From: Nanobdellota archaeon
Lineage (GTDB): Archaea > Nanobdellota > Nanobdellia > Woesearchaeales > DATDXC01
Direction: 5' to 3'
NCBI GenBank assembly: GCA_043818675.1
Contig: JBDRFR010000069.1
Location: 14,877-78,876 of the forward strand
Length of the DNA stretch: 64,000 bases
The notes beneath the pieces are model-generated. The model was given only the letters and a program-made list of their open reading frames with translations, made no database searches and was not told the DNA's origin. Positions 7,536-22,500 of this stretch are shown piece after piece. The translations under genes and the position numbers were made by a program. Every line of letters begins with the position of its first letter. Position 1 is the first letter of the stretch.

Positions 7536-10500
7536 TTGGTTGAATAAAGCAGGGAAAAGTAAGGTTTTGGTAGCTTTAGCTTTGTTTTGCTTACTGTTAG
7601 GGATGTTTGGCGTAGGGTTATATAATGTAGGAGCCAGTCAAGACGAACTACTAATTGAAAGAGAGAACTTGATTAATGAGTTAGGGAATTATTCATATTT
7701 ACTAAACACATCACTTAAGATTGATCATATATTTGTTGAGAATTATTCTTGTTCTTCAGTTGGATATCATACTGTTAAGGTTTTGACAGAAGGAGTGCAT
7801 GATCAATTATTTAAGTTTGGTGATGTTAATGCGTCAGCGCATAATCTGGCAACGTATTCATCCAGTATAACCAATAACACGATAATATGGTATCATTTCA
7901 ATAATGATTCTTCTGTATATGAGAATTATGGAACTGAAGAGTTAACTGCAGAAGATAGTATGGTTTTATTATTCCACTTTAACAATGATTCTAGTGTTGG
8001 TGAGAATGATACGCATGTTTATGATTTTTCAGGGAATGGGAATAATGGAACTGTGACAGGTGCTGTTTATAATTCTAGTGGGAAGTTGAATGGAGCGTTT
8101 GAGTTTGATGGTGATGGGGATTATGTTGGAACAAATTTTAATACAGATATCCAGAACTTTACTGTTTCTGTTTGGGCTAAAAGTCTGTCTGCTCCAACAA
8201 CAGGGGGTGTATATACAGCGGTTCTAGGAAGGGAGGAGAATTTTATTATTTACTGGGATGCTACAAGTGGCACATTTGATGCTACTGTTGCTTATAGGAA
8301 TTCAGCGGTTGGATGGACAGCTTCTGATTTTGGTCCTGTAAGTGCGAATGTATGGTATCATATTGTTGGGACTTACAATGGAACTACTTTGATTACTTAT
8401 AGAGATGGTGTTGAAATAGACACTTCTACATTTGGAGTTCCTCAGAGTACTTCTGATATGTTAGCAATAGGGGATTCTAGGGTTGGAGCAGGAAATTATT
8501 TCAACGGCTCAATAGACGAAGTAGCAATCTGGAACAGAAGCTTATCCGCAGCAGAAATAAAAGGCATTTACATGAGAGGGCTACCTGCACATGTTTATGA
8601 TTACTCACAATATAATAATCATATAAAAGCCAACAAAACTGATCCGTTTGAGCCAACCTTTACAGCAGCAGGTAAATATAATGGAGCGTTGGAGTTCTCA
8701 AAAGATGATTATCTAATTAAGGACAATTTCACATTAGTCGGCGGAAACGGAACAATATCATTCTGGTTCAAGCTCAAAAATAATTATGATTCAGCCAAAG
8801 ATAAACATATGATACCTTGGGAATACAGGGAAGATGATACCCCAAATAAAATGGTCATCAGGTTTGACGCAGGGACTGGCCAGTTAAGGCTTATAACATA
8901 TCCAGGTTCAGATGTACTGACAGATTCAGATGCAACTTCTTGGACAGCAGGTGTCTGGCATCATGTTGCATGGGTACATAACACTACCCATACTGTGATG
9001 TATGTAGATAATGTGTTACAGTCTGATGTTGACACAGCAACAGTTTGGTGGAATGACTTTGCAACAGAAAATAGTACGCTGTATATTGGAGCCGAATATT
9101 ATAGTGGAAAAATACAAAGTTACTTCAACGGAACAATAGACGAATTTATGTTATTTAACAGAAGCTTATCAGCAGCTGAAATATCAGACCTTTATGGTGG
9201 AAAAGCAATAACAGGATTGACTATATGGGATGATTCTGATAACAAGAAAGTATACGCAAATTACACTAAATTCTATGCAGACTATAATGACTCAAGCGCT
9301 AAGACAGCCATATACGGCGGCGGAAGATGGTGCGAGTTTGCGTTTAATAAGACAAACCTAGACTGGAGCATATATACCTACATCAATATGACCTTTAACC
9401 CCAACACATTAAGATATGAATTGATAGCCGATGGCGGTTATTTCAATAACCAGACAGAAAAACACATAGATGGTATGCCAGCTGGACAGTATTATTATAA
9501 TATATCCTGCTATGATGAGACTGGAGTTTATCAGAATGTTTCAGTTGTTGATTTTGTTAATGTTTCTGAATATGATACAGGTTTAGGTATTACGACAAGT
9601 GTTACTGCGCCTGATGTTAACCAAAATGTTATTTTTTATGCAAACTATTCAAGAAATGATGTTTGGGATGTTGATAATTGGGTTTACGGTAATGAGATTG
9701 GGAGGGTTGTGTGGAATAGTAGTTCTATAGGTAATGAAAGATATTATGATGCTATCCCGGCAGTGTTTGTTGATTTTGACAACGATGGTAAAAAAGATGA
9801 ATTTGTTATCTCTGATGGTAACTCAGGGACAATATATCCTTTTTATTCAAACGGTTCACAAATGGAATGGACAAACACACAACAAGGATATGACTCTGCA
9901 GAAATATCTGTTGGAGATTTGGATAGGGATGGTTATGAAAATGAGATAGCAGTTGGAGATTGGCTGAGCGGAACAAGTGATGTGATAATAATTAATGAGA
10001 CAGGTGCAACAGTCTGGTCAGCTGTGAGTAATGGACAGCCAATATATGCTATTGAAATTGATGATTTAGAAAATGACGGATCTCCAGAAGTTGTATTCGC
10101 TAAGACTACAGTCTTAAGCGTCTATAATATGACTGGCTCAGAAATTTGGAATTATACTCTGCCAAATTATGCTTTGGAAATAAGAATGGCGGATGTTGTG
10201 GGGAATGAAAATAAAGAGATTATTGTAGCTACTGCTTATGGGGATAAATTGATGGTATTTAATTCCTCCGGTACTAATTTATGGAACTATACTAATGGAA
10301 ATGATCCGATTTCGATTGCATTCGCAGATATTGACCATGATGGTGTTGATAACATTATTACAGGGATGAGGACCGGAAACCAAGTATATGCAATGAATGG
10401 TTCAGGATCTATGCTTTGGGGAGGGAGTAGTCTTAGCGGAGTTGCCGGACAGATAAATGAGCTTGCCACTATGGATTTGGATGGGGATGGGTATGAAGAT

Positions 10501-13500
10501 GACATTGTGGTCGGAGACCAAGCTGCTGTTAAAGGATATGATAACGATTCAACCAATCTATGGAATTTTAATTTACCCTCGGATGATATATCCTCAATCT
10601 CCGTAGGAGACATCGATAGCGATGGTGATAAGGAGATTATTGCAGGGGGCCTTACAGACGGTACAGTATGGGTACTTAATAGAACTGGCAGCTTAGAATT
10701 TAGCTATAAAATTGGAACCGGCCATATTGGAAATACCTTCTATGCAAGCTCTCCATCAACTGATATTTCTGATGTTAATAATGATGGAATAAATGATATA
10801 GGTGTTGGTATCTATCTAACTAGTGATGATAGTTATGGATATATCTTCCAGGACGTCTCCTGCACAATAAAATTCAACGATTCTGCAACTATTTATAACA
10901 TGACATGGGATTACGTTACTGACAAATGGAATTACTCAAGAACGTTTTCGAATAATGTTGTCTATGCATATAATGTAACCTGCAGTAAAGGTGGCTATGT
11001 AACTCAAATCCAGGAATCAACAGTTGATTTAACACAGACCTTAATAATATGGGACGACTCTAACTCAAAAGTAACATATGCAAATTACACCAAATTTTAT
11101 GCAAATTACACCAAATCAAACGGAACCCCATTGACAGGCAGCGGTGAATGGTGCGAGTTTGCATTCAATAAAACAGGCCTTAACTGGAGCTTTTATACCG
11201 CCTATAACATGAGCTATAATCCAACTACAAAATTATACGAGATAATTGCTGATGGCGGCTATATTAAAAATAACACAGAATCGCATATTGGCGGGATGCC
11301 TGTTGGCAATTATAGCTTTAATATTTCCTGCTATGGCGGCAAAAACTTAACAGCAACAGACACAGTAAATGTTGCTAAGTATGATACAGGTTTATCTTTA
11401 ACACAGTCAAATGTTCATGCTGATATTAACACAGATGTTGAGTTCTTTGCTAATTACACAAGAGATACTGTATGGAATGTGGACAACTGGTTCAGAGATT
11501 CAGGAGAAATTGGCAGAGTTATATGGAATAGCAGTGATGTTGGAAACAGTCTTGTTGCACTAAGACCAGCTGACTTATCTAATGACGGATATCTGTCTGA
11601 TATAGTTACAGTAAATGACTACAAGATTATTGCACACTATCAAAACGGATCAGTAAGGTGGACTTTTTCAACTGGAGTTATCCAACAGGCAGGATCCTTA
11701 AACATTGTCAATCTGGATAACGACGGATTTAAAGATGATATAATTACAAAATTCTCTTATAACATATTTGTCCTTAATAAGACTGGTGATCAACTAAACA
11801 AAACAACTGTTGCAGACGGCGGTTGGGGAATTGGAGTTGCTGGTGATGCAAATAATGACGGAATAGAAGATGAGTTAGTAGTATCAGGCGTAAATTCTAA
11901 TCCGGCAATATTATACAATATATCTAACAGCGGACTTTCTGTTGTTAAACAATGGAATTTTTCAGTACCAGATGATATGAGGGAAGTAATATTCGGAGAT
12001 TTTGACTCAGACGGTTTGGATGATGATTTTGCAATTAGTGGAGTTGATTCAGGAAAAGGAACTTATGTTTATAAATGGAACGGGACAAATTTATTTAATG
12101 TAACTTATGGTGGACTTGCTATTGCCAAAGCTGATATTGACCATGATGGTTTTGAAGATGATATAGTGATTGCAGAAAACGGCAATTATCTTGTTTATTC
12201 TTTTAATGGAAGCTATAATACAAAATACACAAGCACAGATGAAGCAATGGTATACAATACAGATCCAATATCAGTATCCGCAGAGATGATTGTACTGGAT
12301 TTGGATTCAGACGGATTTAATGATGACATCATACTGGGAGATAGAGGCGGAGCAGCTGGACCTGGAATTGTCTGGGCATTTGACAACAATAGTATTGGAT
12401 TGTGGAATATCACATTACCTGCAAACGGAGATGATGATTACATCTATTCCATGGTCGTTGATGATTTTAATAACGATGGTAAACAAGAATTGATCTTTTC
12501 CAGTGAAGAGTTTGATAAAGTTTATGTTGCCAATCTGTCAGGATATGTACTTTGGGACCAGATCATTGGACAAGGAGATATCTCAGTGATTAAAGGAAAA
12601 TCTCCTGGCATCATAAGTATTGACATAAATAAAGATGGAATTTCTGATTTTGCGACCGCTTCCGCAAATGGTTTTGTCCATGTTCTGCAGGACGTATCCT
12701 GCACAATCCAATATGAATCAGAAGGTGGAGAGATTAACAGGACTGGTCAGAATTGGGAAAATGGTTTAGTTGCTCTATATCATTTTAATAATGAGTCTGC
12801 ATATGGCGAAACAACTGTTGGAGTTAATAATGTAACGTATGACTTTGCACCAGGTCACTGTTATGATAACGAAACAGAAATACTAACTAATGAAGGCTGG
12901 AAATTATTTTCAAAATTAAATAAAACTGAGCAAGTAGCAACATTAAATCAGGAAACAAAAGAATTGGAATGGCAGCATCCAATGGAATATCAAGAGTTTG
13001 ATTATGACAATGATATGTATAAGATTATATTGGAGGATGGATCAGATTTACTTGTTTCAGAAAAACATAGGGTTTATGGAAAATCAGTAAGCATCATCGT
13101 GATGAGTGAAATCTTCAAAGATGATCTTATTTTCTCTGACCTGGAAAGTCAGGACAAAATGCCCCACATGAACTCTTTTGAGATGGCTCAAATCCCCTTT
13201 GAGGTTCTTAAGGTGATTGATGGTGACAATATCCATTTCAGAAATTTGGATAATTTTTCTACTCAAAGCTTTGAAGAGAACAGGGTCTTTTCTCTTAATC
13301 TTGATCAGAGCCTTATCAATCTTGGAAATGTCAATATTCATAATTCATCCAGCCACTTTTTTAGTTCTTCGGGAGTCATTGCCTTGCCTTTAGCTGGGTC
13401 TTTAGATATTTTCTTTAACTTTTCTATGAACTCAGGCTTCATAGGAAATTCATCTAATGGATGCCAGTCAATAGATTCACAAAACTGCTCATCTTCCCTA

Positions 13501-16500
13501 GTTAGTTTCCTTGATACACGAAATTCTTCAAATATTCTTCGCTTGTTCAATTCCTCTCTAGCTGCTTCAGACCAGTTTATCCATGGAAATGCTTCAATTC
13601 TTGCCTTAAAGGATTTGTCTACAGGATATATTATACTAGCCATTTATAATTCACCCCTTGCCCTTAATTTTTCTAATGCTTCTAATTTCTTAAGCACACC
13701 CTGTTTTGCAACTTCAGACCAATTAATGTCAGGATGCTTGTCTAACTTTGCCTTAAAATCATCAGGTACTGATATAGTAAACCTTTCCATTTTTGATGCC
13801 TCCTGGATGATACAAGATAATAAAATTTTGGGTTCATCCAACAATTGTATTACTAAACACAATTGTGTTTATAAATCTTTTGATAATTTCAAGTTGATGC
13901 CTATAACTGATGCGTATGGGCTAATCAATTCAGGAAAACAGGTTTATTTCCTGGATGGTTTTAATAATGAGGTTAAAGTTAAGTCGATTGTTAAAGAAAA
14001 GTACAATGGCAGAATATATGATGTCGATGTAAAAAATGATGTTGTTTTGGTAAGAAGGATTGATAGGAATAATCGCACAAATAATTATGATAAAAAAGCC
14101 ACGCAAGCAGGAAAAAATTCATGCCACAATTCTGGGAAATATTGTTATGATAAAAGGACTAAGGAAAACTTCTTTTCTGAAAATGAGGATGGTTTGGGTA
14201 TATTGAGTGAGAGGGGTTATGAAACTAATTATTATGGTATATGGTCTGGGAATAGCAATAACGGAACTATTTATGGTGCTACAGTTGATATGACTGGTGG
14301 GAAGTGGAATGGGAGTTTGGAGTTTGATGGGGCGGGGGATTATGTTGATGCTGGAGATACATTTGATATGGGAACAAATGATCTGTCATTATCTGTATGG
14401 TTTAAAACATCTGATAGTGGTTCAAAAATTAAAACAATTATTTCAAAATCTTATGCATGGGATACAGGTGCATATAATTTGATTATTACTGCTGGTAATA
14501 ATCTAAGACTTCATGCTGAGAATAATACTGGTCAGGGTGAAGTAGATATAATAAGTCCTCTAACTTATACTGATGGACAATGGCATCATGCAGTAGGTAT
14601 TTTTGATAGAGATAAAAATGCAATATTATATGTTGATGGATCTGAAGTTGGTTCAACAACAATGGCAAATATTCTTAATCAGGATCTGGATACTACCTAT
14701 TCATTTAGAATTGGAATGTCACATTGGAATAGTTGGCCCAGACCTTTCAACGGCTCAATAGACGAAGTTGCAATTTGGAACAGAAGTCTTTCTGAATCTG
14801 AAGTCTGGGACTTGTACATGTCGTCAGCACCAAAATATAACATGACATGGGACTATACAAGAAAGAAATGGAACCATACAAAACAGTTCACTTCATACGG
14901 TAATTATACTTACGGAATAACATGCGAAAAAGGCGGCTACACAACCCAAAGAAGCTCAAGTTATGTTGATCTAACCCAATCATTAACAATATGGGATGAT
15001 TCTGATTCAAAAACAGCCTATGCAAATTACACCAAATTTTATGCAAATTACATAAGATCAAACGGAACAGCAATGAACGGAAACTATTGGTGCGAGTTTA
15101 AGTTCAATAAGACAGGCAGATGGACAAAACCAGTCAATATGAGCTTTAATCCAGTAAGCTTACAATATGAAATAATTGCTGATGGCGGATATATTCAGAA
15201 TTCAACTGAAACGCATATTGACGGGATGCCTACTGGAAATTACAGTTACAATATCTCCTGTTATGGTGGTGAATATAAATCACTAACAGATACTGTAAAT
15301 ATAGCAAAATATGATACTGCACTTGCTTTAACCCAAACAAACATCCATCCAAATACCTATTCAGATGTTGAGTTCTTTGCTAATTACACAAGGGCTACTG
15401 TATGGGATGTAGACAACTGGTGGTGGGATACAACTGAGATTGGGAGGGTGGTTTGGAATACAAGTGCTCTTGGAGGGAGTTCACATACTGTTGATTTCTT
15501 TGATTGTTTGAATAGTGGAAAGAAAAATTGCCTTGCGACCACAGAATATTCTGATATCTGGATGTTTTATCCAAATGGAACACAGATTACAGCATCTGGA
15601 ACTGCCTCAAATCCAGGAGGAGATTTATTAGATGCTAATGTTTTTGACGGAGATGGAGATGGTTATGAAAATGAGGTTCTTATTGTTGGAGATAATAATC
15701 AGGTTTTAGTTGTTAACGAGACAAGAAATACTGTGTATACCTATACTGCTGGAGGAGATATTTTTTCTGTTGTTGGAGCTGATTTAGATAACGATGGAGT
15801 CAAAGATGATTTTGTTATTGGTGCTTATACTGGGTCTGTTTATCAGGTCATGGCATTTAATACTTCTGATGGAGTTAATTGGGTGAATTTTTGGAACGGA
15901 ACTGTTGGAGGAGTTATTCAGGAAATGGTTATTGGTGACTTTGATAGAGATGGAAGGGAGATTGATGTTGCTGCTACAGGGACTTCGAATGGAAATGTTA
16001 CTGTTTTTGTTGGGGATAATGGAACATTGATATTTAGTACTGTTGACCTTGGGGCATTATCTTCACTTACAGTGTCTGATTTGAATCATGATAATTACAA
16101 TGATGAGATAATCGTGGGGGAGACGGGTGCCACTAGGGTTCTTGCGTTTAGGTGGAATGGGACATGGGGAGCAGAAATGCAAGATACAGACAATGATACT
16201 AATGGTTGGCTTTGGTCAAACACTCTTCCAACATACAGTATTACTGAAATTGATACTTTTGATGCAGATTTAGATGGTTACAAAGATGAGATTATTTTTG
16301 AAGATGGAGGCAGTTCATCAAACTCAAAAATTTGGGCAGTGGATGAAGAGGGCAACTACTTGTGGAATTTTACATGGGGGAACACAATTGATGTTTCATA
16401 TAGTCTTAATGTTGCTGATGTGAATAACGATGGAAAGGATGAGATAATTTTTGGACCTAGGAATGCTGCTACATTGTATGTTTTGAATATCTCTGGAGAT

Positions 16501-19500
16501 TTATTGTGGAGTTATCCTCTTAATCAGGGTTGGATTGGTAATGCTTATGGAACTTCTCCAGGGATAGATATTTCAGATTTGAATAATGATGGTATAAATG
16601 ATATTGTAGTTTCAACTAATACTGTGGGTTATAAATATATTTTCCAAGACGCTAAATGCTCAATCCAATACGAATCAGAAGGCGGGGAGATTAACAGAAC
16701 AGGTCAGAATTGGGAAAATGGTTTAGTTGCTTTATTTCATTTTAATAATGAAAGTGCATATGGCGAAAACAGCAGCTATATTTATGATTTCTCAGGTAAT
16801 GATAACAATGGAAGTTGTACAGGTACAACATGCCCAACCTTTGATACAACTAGTGGAAAGTGGAATGGTAGTTTTGAGTTTGATGGCGTGGATGATTATG
16901 TTGCAATGTCTCAGGATGATAGTCTAAATTTTTCAGGAGATAGTGAGATTACCATTTCCTTTTGGGCTAAACTTGTATCAGCAGATAATAGGCATGCTGT
17001 TATTGGGGCGTGGGATGGTGAGTCTGGTTCTACTTCTGCTTATCTCTATATGGACAATTCTGGAGCTAATGGAATTATTATCAAGAATACAATAGGAGGT
17101 GATACTGGAATTAGAACATCAAGCACATCTTTTAATTTAAACACTTGGTACCACATAGTTTATACTTTTAATGGTGTCTTAGAGACAGTCTATCAAGATG
17201 GCACTCAAATTGATACAAATGATATAAGTGGAACCATGCGTAATAATGGTGAGACAGGTCCTTGGGTAGGTCATGCAATGAATGATGGAACAACTCCAGT
17301 ATATTTCAACGGCTCAATCGATGAAATCGCAATCTGGAACAGATCATTATCCGCATCAGAAGTTTGGGATTTGTATATGTCATCAGCACCAAAATATAAC
17401 ATGACATGGGACTATACAAGAAAGAAATGGAACCATACAAAACAGTTCACTTCATACGGTAATTATACTTACGGAATAACTTGCGAGAAAGGCGGATATA
17501 CAACTCAAAGAAGCTCAAGCTATGTTGATCTGACTCAGTCATTAACTATATGGGATGATTCCGATTCAAAAACAGTCTACGCAAATTACACCAAATTTTA
17601 TGCAAATTACAAAAGATCAAACGGAACCGCATTGAACGGTAATTATTGGTGCGAGTTTAAGTTCAATAAAACAGGTATATGGACAAAACCAATCAACATG
17701 AGCTTTAATCCGGTTTCCCTACAGTATGAGGTAATAGCAGATGGTGGATATATCCAAAACTCAACTGAATATCACATTGACGGTATGCCAAACGGTTATT
17801 ATGGGTATAATATAACATGTTACGGTGGTGATTATAAATCATTAACAGATATGGTCAATGTTTCTTTATATAATACAACTTTGGGAGTCAGCAGGAATAA
17901 TCTTGCGCCAGAGGTGAACGTTGTTACAACATTTTATGCAAACTATACAAGAAATGATGTATGGGATGTTGATAACTGGAAATTGGGACATGAGATTGGG
18001 AGGGTTGTTTGGAATACTAGTTGTCCAACATGCGGCAGTGTTTCTGCTATACCTGAATTTGTAGACTTCAATGAAGACGGTAAGAAAAGTGAATTATTCA
18101 TTCTTGCTGATGGTTTCCCTTATGCTATTTCAAGTAATGGTTCTAAGATCTGGACAAGTTCAACAGAGAGATATGTTCCTAGCCAAGCAGTAGCTTTTGA
18201 TGGAAATGGAGATGGATATGATAATTATGTTGTTGCAGTTGAGGATGTAAATTCTGGTTCAGGTATACGTGTGTATAACAGTACAGGGAATATCATTTGG
18301 GAATGCGGCTTTCCCGGAGACTTTATGTCTGTTGTTGCAACTGACTTAGATAATGATGGAAAGAAAGATGATTTTGTTGTAATTGATACATATACTCCTG
18401 TGGGTAATGTTTCCGCATATACTACTACTAACGGGCAAACATGGGTGATTAATTGGAGCCATATATTTCCAGCGACTAATACCGCAGATGGATCTATTAA
18501 GATAGGAGATTTAGACAACGATGGAAAAAAAGATGATTTTGCAATTGCAGGTGTGGAATATACGATTGCCCTAAATGAAACTGGAGGCGTTATATGGAAC
18601 ACAACTGACTTAGTTGATAGAGTAAATGGTGTTGGAATTGGAGATTTTGACCATGATGGTTATGAAGATGATGTGATTGTAGGGAATAGGGGATATTTAT
18701 ACATCTTCACTTTTAATGGAACTTATGGAGTTACATATACTACAAATGATGCAATTGCATCTTCTTCCTACCCTAACAGTGGAACACAATCAACTGTTAC
18801 TAGTATAGTTGTATTTGATTTGAATAATAATGGATTTAAAGATTCATTTGCTTTATCAGACATAACATATGATTCCATAGGTGTTTTTGACAACAATACT
18901 AATAATGTTTGGTTCCACAATACAAATGATTTTGGTGATGGAAGCATAGATGTAAATACTGTACGGGCAAGTGATTTTAATAATGATGGCAAAGATGAAC
19001 TGATGTTTGGTGCAGATAACGGGCTTATATATATTTTTAACAGCACAGGTTCTCTTTTGTGGAAATATGTTTTGATAGATCACGTGGGGGAGTCTTCTAG
19101 AGAGGATGCCGTTAAATCAGGCGACATCAATAATGATGGAATCTCTGATTTTGTAGCTGTCACTGTGAATTCTTACACTTACATATTCCAAGACGTATCC
19201 TGTTTCATAAGATTCAACGATTCAACATCAGTCTACAACATGACCTGGAACATAACTTTAGACAAATGGCAGTACCAAAGGACATTTCCTGACGTATCAA
19301 GATATAAATACAACATCACCTGCTCAAAAGGCGGATACATTACACAGTTTACAAACACTTCTTTTGCAACAGAAGACGGAAACCCAAGATGGAGTTCAAA
19401 TAAGACTAACCTAACAAGAAATTCACCATATTTAGCAGATGTCCATTTCAACATTACATTAAATGACATCAATCCAGCATCATACATATTCAGCTGGTAT

Positions 19501-22500
19501 AATGGGACTGCATGGGAGAATAATTCCCCTGTAAGTTATGATGATAATACAGAAATCTCTGTTACAAAAACATTAAACATAAGAAACGAATCTGCTGCTA
19601 TCAGCTGGACATTCTACTTTAATGATACTGTTGGAAATAATAATCAAACAGATGTATGGAGCATTACAGTTGATAATATACTGCCAAGGATAGATTATTC
19701 AGGTGGAACTAACGCAGATGGCGAAAACATAGCTAAAAATTATATTTATGTCAATGTATCAGTTACAGAAGAAAATGTTGATAAGGTATGGTTTAACCTG
19801 TACAATGATGATTATTCTTTGAACAAAAGCATGATACATGGTGAGTTACCAAATTATAGACCTGAGACTTATATTAATATGACCGGCAATGTACTTTTAA
19901 TGCATTTTAATAATGACAGTTCTGTTAGAGAGAATTCAACACATGTTTATGATTGGTCAGGTATGGGGAATAACGGGACTGTTTATTTTAATTCATATCC
20001 AAACCTAACAAACCCTAAGCTTGGTTTAGGAGCATTTTCATTTGACGGAACTGATGACTTTATCAATATATCTGACGTTCCATCATTAAGGTTAACTTCG
20101 ACAGGTACAATATCTATGTGGATCAAACAAAGCGGTGCAGACCAAGATCCATACGCTACATATGTAGGAAAAACCAGGGGTGGTGTGACAGCTACAATTG
20201 CATATATTCTTTACCATAGAGATTCAGAAGGTACAATTAGGGGAACTATCTGTAATGATGCTAACTGTGACTTGATCCAAACACAGGAATTTGCTCAATC
20301 AGATGTTGATTGGCATCATCTGGCATTTACATGGGACAGCGTAAACTTATCTTTATATAAAGACGGCATTTTGTTTAATAAGACCCCTCAAACCCGAAGC
20401 GTAGATAATGATGCAGGAGATCATCTCAAGATTGGCGGATATGGTTTCAATGATGTGGGAAGTGATGATTTCAGCGGTTTAATGGATGAGGTTGCAATCT
20501 GGAACAGAAGCTTAAGCGCAGATGAAATAAGAGACATATACGAGATCCAGAAATCTGCATATTACCATAACTTTACAGTATCAGACGGAACATATCATTA
20601 CAATGTTACAGTCAATGATACTTCTGGTAATCAAAATGTTACAGCAACAAGAAGTGTTTCACTGGATCCAACTTATCCTAAAGTTTCATTTGTCTCTCCA
20701 ACTTATAGTGATGGTAAGTTTACTAAGAATACTTCTATTCCAATAAATGTAACAATAACAGAAGCTAATCTTGACAGGATAATATATGAATGGGATGGTG
20801 TTAATGAAACAGACTTCAAGCTGGATGCGCCAATAACTGAAGTAAACTTTACAGTCTCAAGCTTAGAAACTTTAACTGTAAGTAACGGTTCCCATAAGAT
20901 TGATCTGTTTAATGATAGTTCTCTTGTGTTGGCTATGAGTTTTGATAATTTGTCTGCTCTTGGAGAGAATGATACTCATGTGTTTGATTGGAGTGGGGGT
21001 GGGAATAATGGGGCTGTTTATGGAGGAACTGACGCTGATTCTGGTTTCACAACGAGCGGGAAATATTCAGGAGGACAGATGTTTGATGGGGAGTGGGATT
21101 ATGTTTTTGTTAATGATTCAGATGTATTCAGTGGAAATTTGGCGATATCTTTATGGATAAATGCAAAACAATGGAGTACAGATGGAACACTGGTAAGAAA
21201 ACTAGATGAGTGGCAATTAGATATTAATGATGGTACTGTGGTTAGATTTTGTGATACTGCGGCATGTAGCGATATTGCTACTTCTGAATTGAGTTTAGGT
21301 AAATGGTATCATGTTGTGGGAATTAGAAATAGTTCTGGAGTAGAGTTATTTGTAGATGGGATAAGTCAAGGATATGTTGCAGACCCAATTGCTTCAAGAA
21401 CAACTAGTCATGTTTATATTGGTGCAGAGGAAGGAGCGTTTGACTTTTTCAACGGCTCAATAGACGAAGTAAGAATCTACAATCGTTCTCTTTCTGCCTC
21501 AGAAGTTGCAATGCTTTACAAATCTAATCTAAGAAAATACGACGTAAACAAATATAATTTATTTTTCAACCAATCAGGAAATTTCAGTTTAACCTACAAC
21601 ATTAATCAAAACACAACAATCAACCTAAGAAAAAACAGCACCAGAAACTACTGGCTGGATATCAATAAGCAAAGTTTAGCTGATGATTCCTACGCTTACA
21701 GAGTATTTACAAAAGACGACATGCAAAACTGGAACAGCACAGAGCAAAGAACAGTAAATGTTGACCTGGAAAGCAGGATTGTATTAGGCGATGACTCAAA
21801 CAACAAAAAAGTTTATGCTAACTACACAAGATTCTATGCAAACTTTACAGATGTTGAAAACAATACAATAAACGGTTCAGGGTATTATTGTGAGTTTGCT
21901 TATAATAAAACAAACCTGGCATGGAACAGATATACAGTAACAAACATGAGCTATAATCCAATTACAACACAGTATGAAATCATAGCAGATGGTGGATATA
22001 TACAAAATGCAACAGAGAGTCACATTGATGGAATACCTGTAGGACTTTATTATTATAATATAACATGCAAAGACTCAAGCGGGGGCTACACAGCAATCTC
22101 AACTGTTGACCTTGTTAATGTTTCTGAATATGACACAAACATAGCAGTAACCCAATCAAACATCCATCCAGATACAAACGCAAATATCGAATTCTTTGCA
22201 AACTATACAAGGGATACTATGTGGGATGTGGATAACTGGTGGTGGGATACTAAAGAAATCGGAAGGATTGTGTGGAATAGTAGTGAATATGGTGCGCTTT
22301 CAGATACTGTGTATTTTGTTAAGGCTATGGACTTAGATAATGATGGAGAAATGGATGAAATTGTTATAGGGGGTATACCCACCATGGAAGCTTTTAGTTC
22401 AAATGGAAGCTGGATTTGGTCAAAAGCCGTTCATAATTATGATACACATTTTGAAGTATGGGATCTAGATAACGATGGCTATAAAAATGAAATCTTAACA

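Larger units (their letters stand above)
12859..14130 (+). mobile_element. Hint/intein-like insertion in the giant ORF. Its central region carries an antisense toxin-antitoxin cassette instead of a homing endonuclease. The C-terminal boundary is uncertain (14130 or about 14244).
   Basis: Block A 'CYDNETEILTNEGW' begins at Cys 12859. Block B 'GSDLLVSEKHRVY'. Block F-like 'RIYDVDVKNDVVLV'. Terminal 'SCHN' (14125..14130) is followed by Ser. The host repeat consensus 'VTYDFSGNGNNGTIYGAT' is interrupted exactly here ('VTYDFAPGH|C...') and resumes at 'SGNSNNGTIYGAT' (14245). Confidence 0.6.
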
